The position numbers and the translations under genes were made by a program. 64,000 nt of DNA. Origin: Podarcis gaigeae. Taxonomy: Eukaryota. Of this stretch, positions 62,578-64,000 are shown in pieces; the stretch's first letter is position 1, and each line of letters begins with the position of its first letter. Under the pieces are notes generated by a model, which did no database searches, was not told the DNA's origin, and worked only from the letters and a program-made list of their open reading frames with translations. The DNA lies in assembly GCA_964106915.2 (NCBI GenBank), contig OZ066916.1. One strand, given 5' to 3'.

Positions 62578-64000
62578 GTAATACAAACATTTTACCATGT
62601 TCATTTTTCTTCATAGTTCTTATTTGGCTGGGATAATTTATTTCCCTCTGTGTTCTAGCGGCTGTTTTCCGTATATTAACCAGCAAAGTTTGCCTTTTAT
62701 ATGGCATCCCATCATCTTTTATGGGTATTTGCCCATGAATAAAAGATTCAAACTTTGGAGGGCACAGGACAGGATTTCCCAAATGTTTTCCCATGCATGC
62801 TTTCACAGTTTTCTCATGCAACTGCAGTTCTTTCCACGTTGCATACCCTGTGTTGGATGCACGTGTGAAAGCTTTCCCATGTAGACCTTTGACCCTTGCC
62901 CGTACCACAAGGTTCCAAGTCTAGCAGTTTAAAAACTTTTCCCTTCCTATAATCCACCAAAAGTGTGGCATCAGTGATTCAGCTAAAACTGTGATGATTG
63001 GAAGAAGTTTTAAATCTTCTAGCTTAGCTTCCATTAGTTCATATATTCTGTTGTCCTCAAGCATCTTAAGCTTTACTTTTAAAAGAACACCAAACTTGTG
63101 CTTTTGAAGACATTCTCTTGGCAGTGTTAAAATGCATGAAAATTAATACCCAGTATGCCAAGAACCATCGAGTCAACTCTGTGCGAGTCAGGTCTGGCCA
63201 AGTGTGAGAGAAAGTGCCATACAGCAGCTAAGAGCTTAGACTTTTATCTGTTCTCTTAGCCTCAGTCCTCCATCTGCACTATGGGATAATAGTATGGACT
63301 TAACTAATAGGACAGTTATATTTGAATACATAATATATTGAATATACTGTATTATATATTTGAATGCTTGAACACTACATAAATTTTGTTGTATTGTTGT
63401 TGTTTTAGTGTTCGTTATTCTTTCATCAGTGTGACTTTCAGTAGTGTGAATGAAACCTTACAGAGCACAAATGACTCAGATCAGGCATTTGTATCATAAC
63501 TATTCACTATGGCCAGTTTCAGAATGCAATGCTATGCTATGGATTGGTGTTACAGGAGCAAGTCTTGGACTCTCATGCTTCTGCCTTCCTCTCTGCTCTC
63601 CTTTTGCACACATGAGATCGAAAACTTCTCATTTTTCTTTAAAACTAATCATAGCTGTCTGCGATGGCTTCACATGAGAACTGTGCTCTGTTCTAACTGT
63701 GGTCTATAGACTAGTTGGAATAAAGCACAGTCCTTTGTTCGTCTGGTGGATGAATCCCCTGCTTTAGAGGGTTCATGTTTACATATACTAACAGTCTTGT
63801 GTTGCTGGAGAAGGCAATCATTGAGGGGCATGTGGCCACCTTGTGGTTAAAGGCAGGCAAGAGACCTTAAAAAGAGGACTTGAGATAAGTAGGCAGCTCC
63901 CAGAATCTAATTCACTTTCCTGCCTTTCTTCCTTTGTTCGGGGTATTTCTATTTTTGACAGCTAATACTCCCTTATTGTTACGGAAGTAGGTCCCTCCCA

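Overview
Eukaryotic DNA from a squamate reptile (Sauria SINEs, BovB, CR1/L2 LINEs; possibly a lacertid lizard, which is inference only). The whole window lies inside the + strand gene TIAM2 (STEF, a Rac1 GEF). I reconstructed 14 coding exons by hand, from the ATG at 657 to 62577 (3411 nt, 1137 codons, all splice phases consistent). They encode the N-terminal region, PHn-CC-Ex, RBD, PDZ and the start of the DH domain; the 3' exons lie beyond the window. Introns carry many transposon remnants with readable TSDs. The best leads are several unannotated ATG-to-donor mini-exons in the right phase to give N-truncated TIAM2 isoforms (4141, 58498, 58690; weaker at 41229 and 6533), a stop-start cassette exon, an antisense Penelope-type minimal hammerhead ribozyme in a long hairpin, an intact antisense solo LTR, a GC-AG intron and a NAGNAG acceptor. 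Family assignments come from recalled sequences and motifs; no searches were run.
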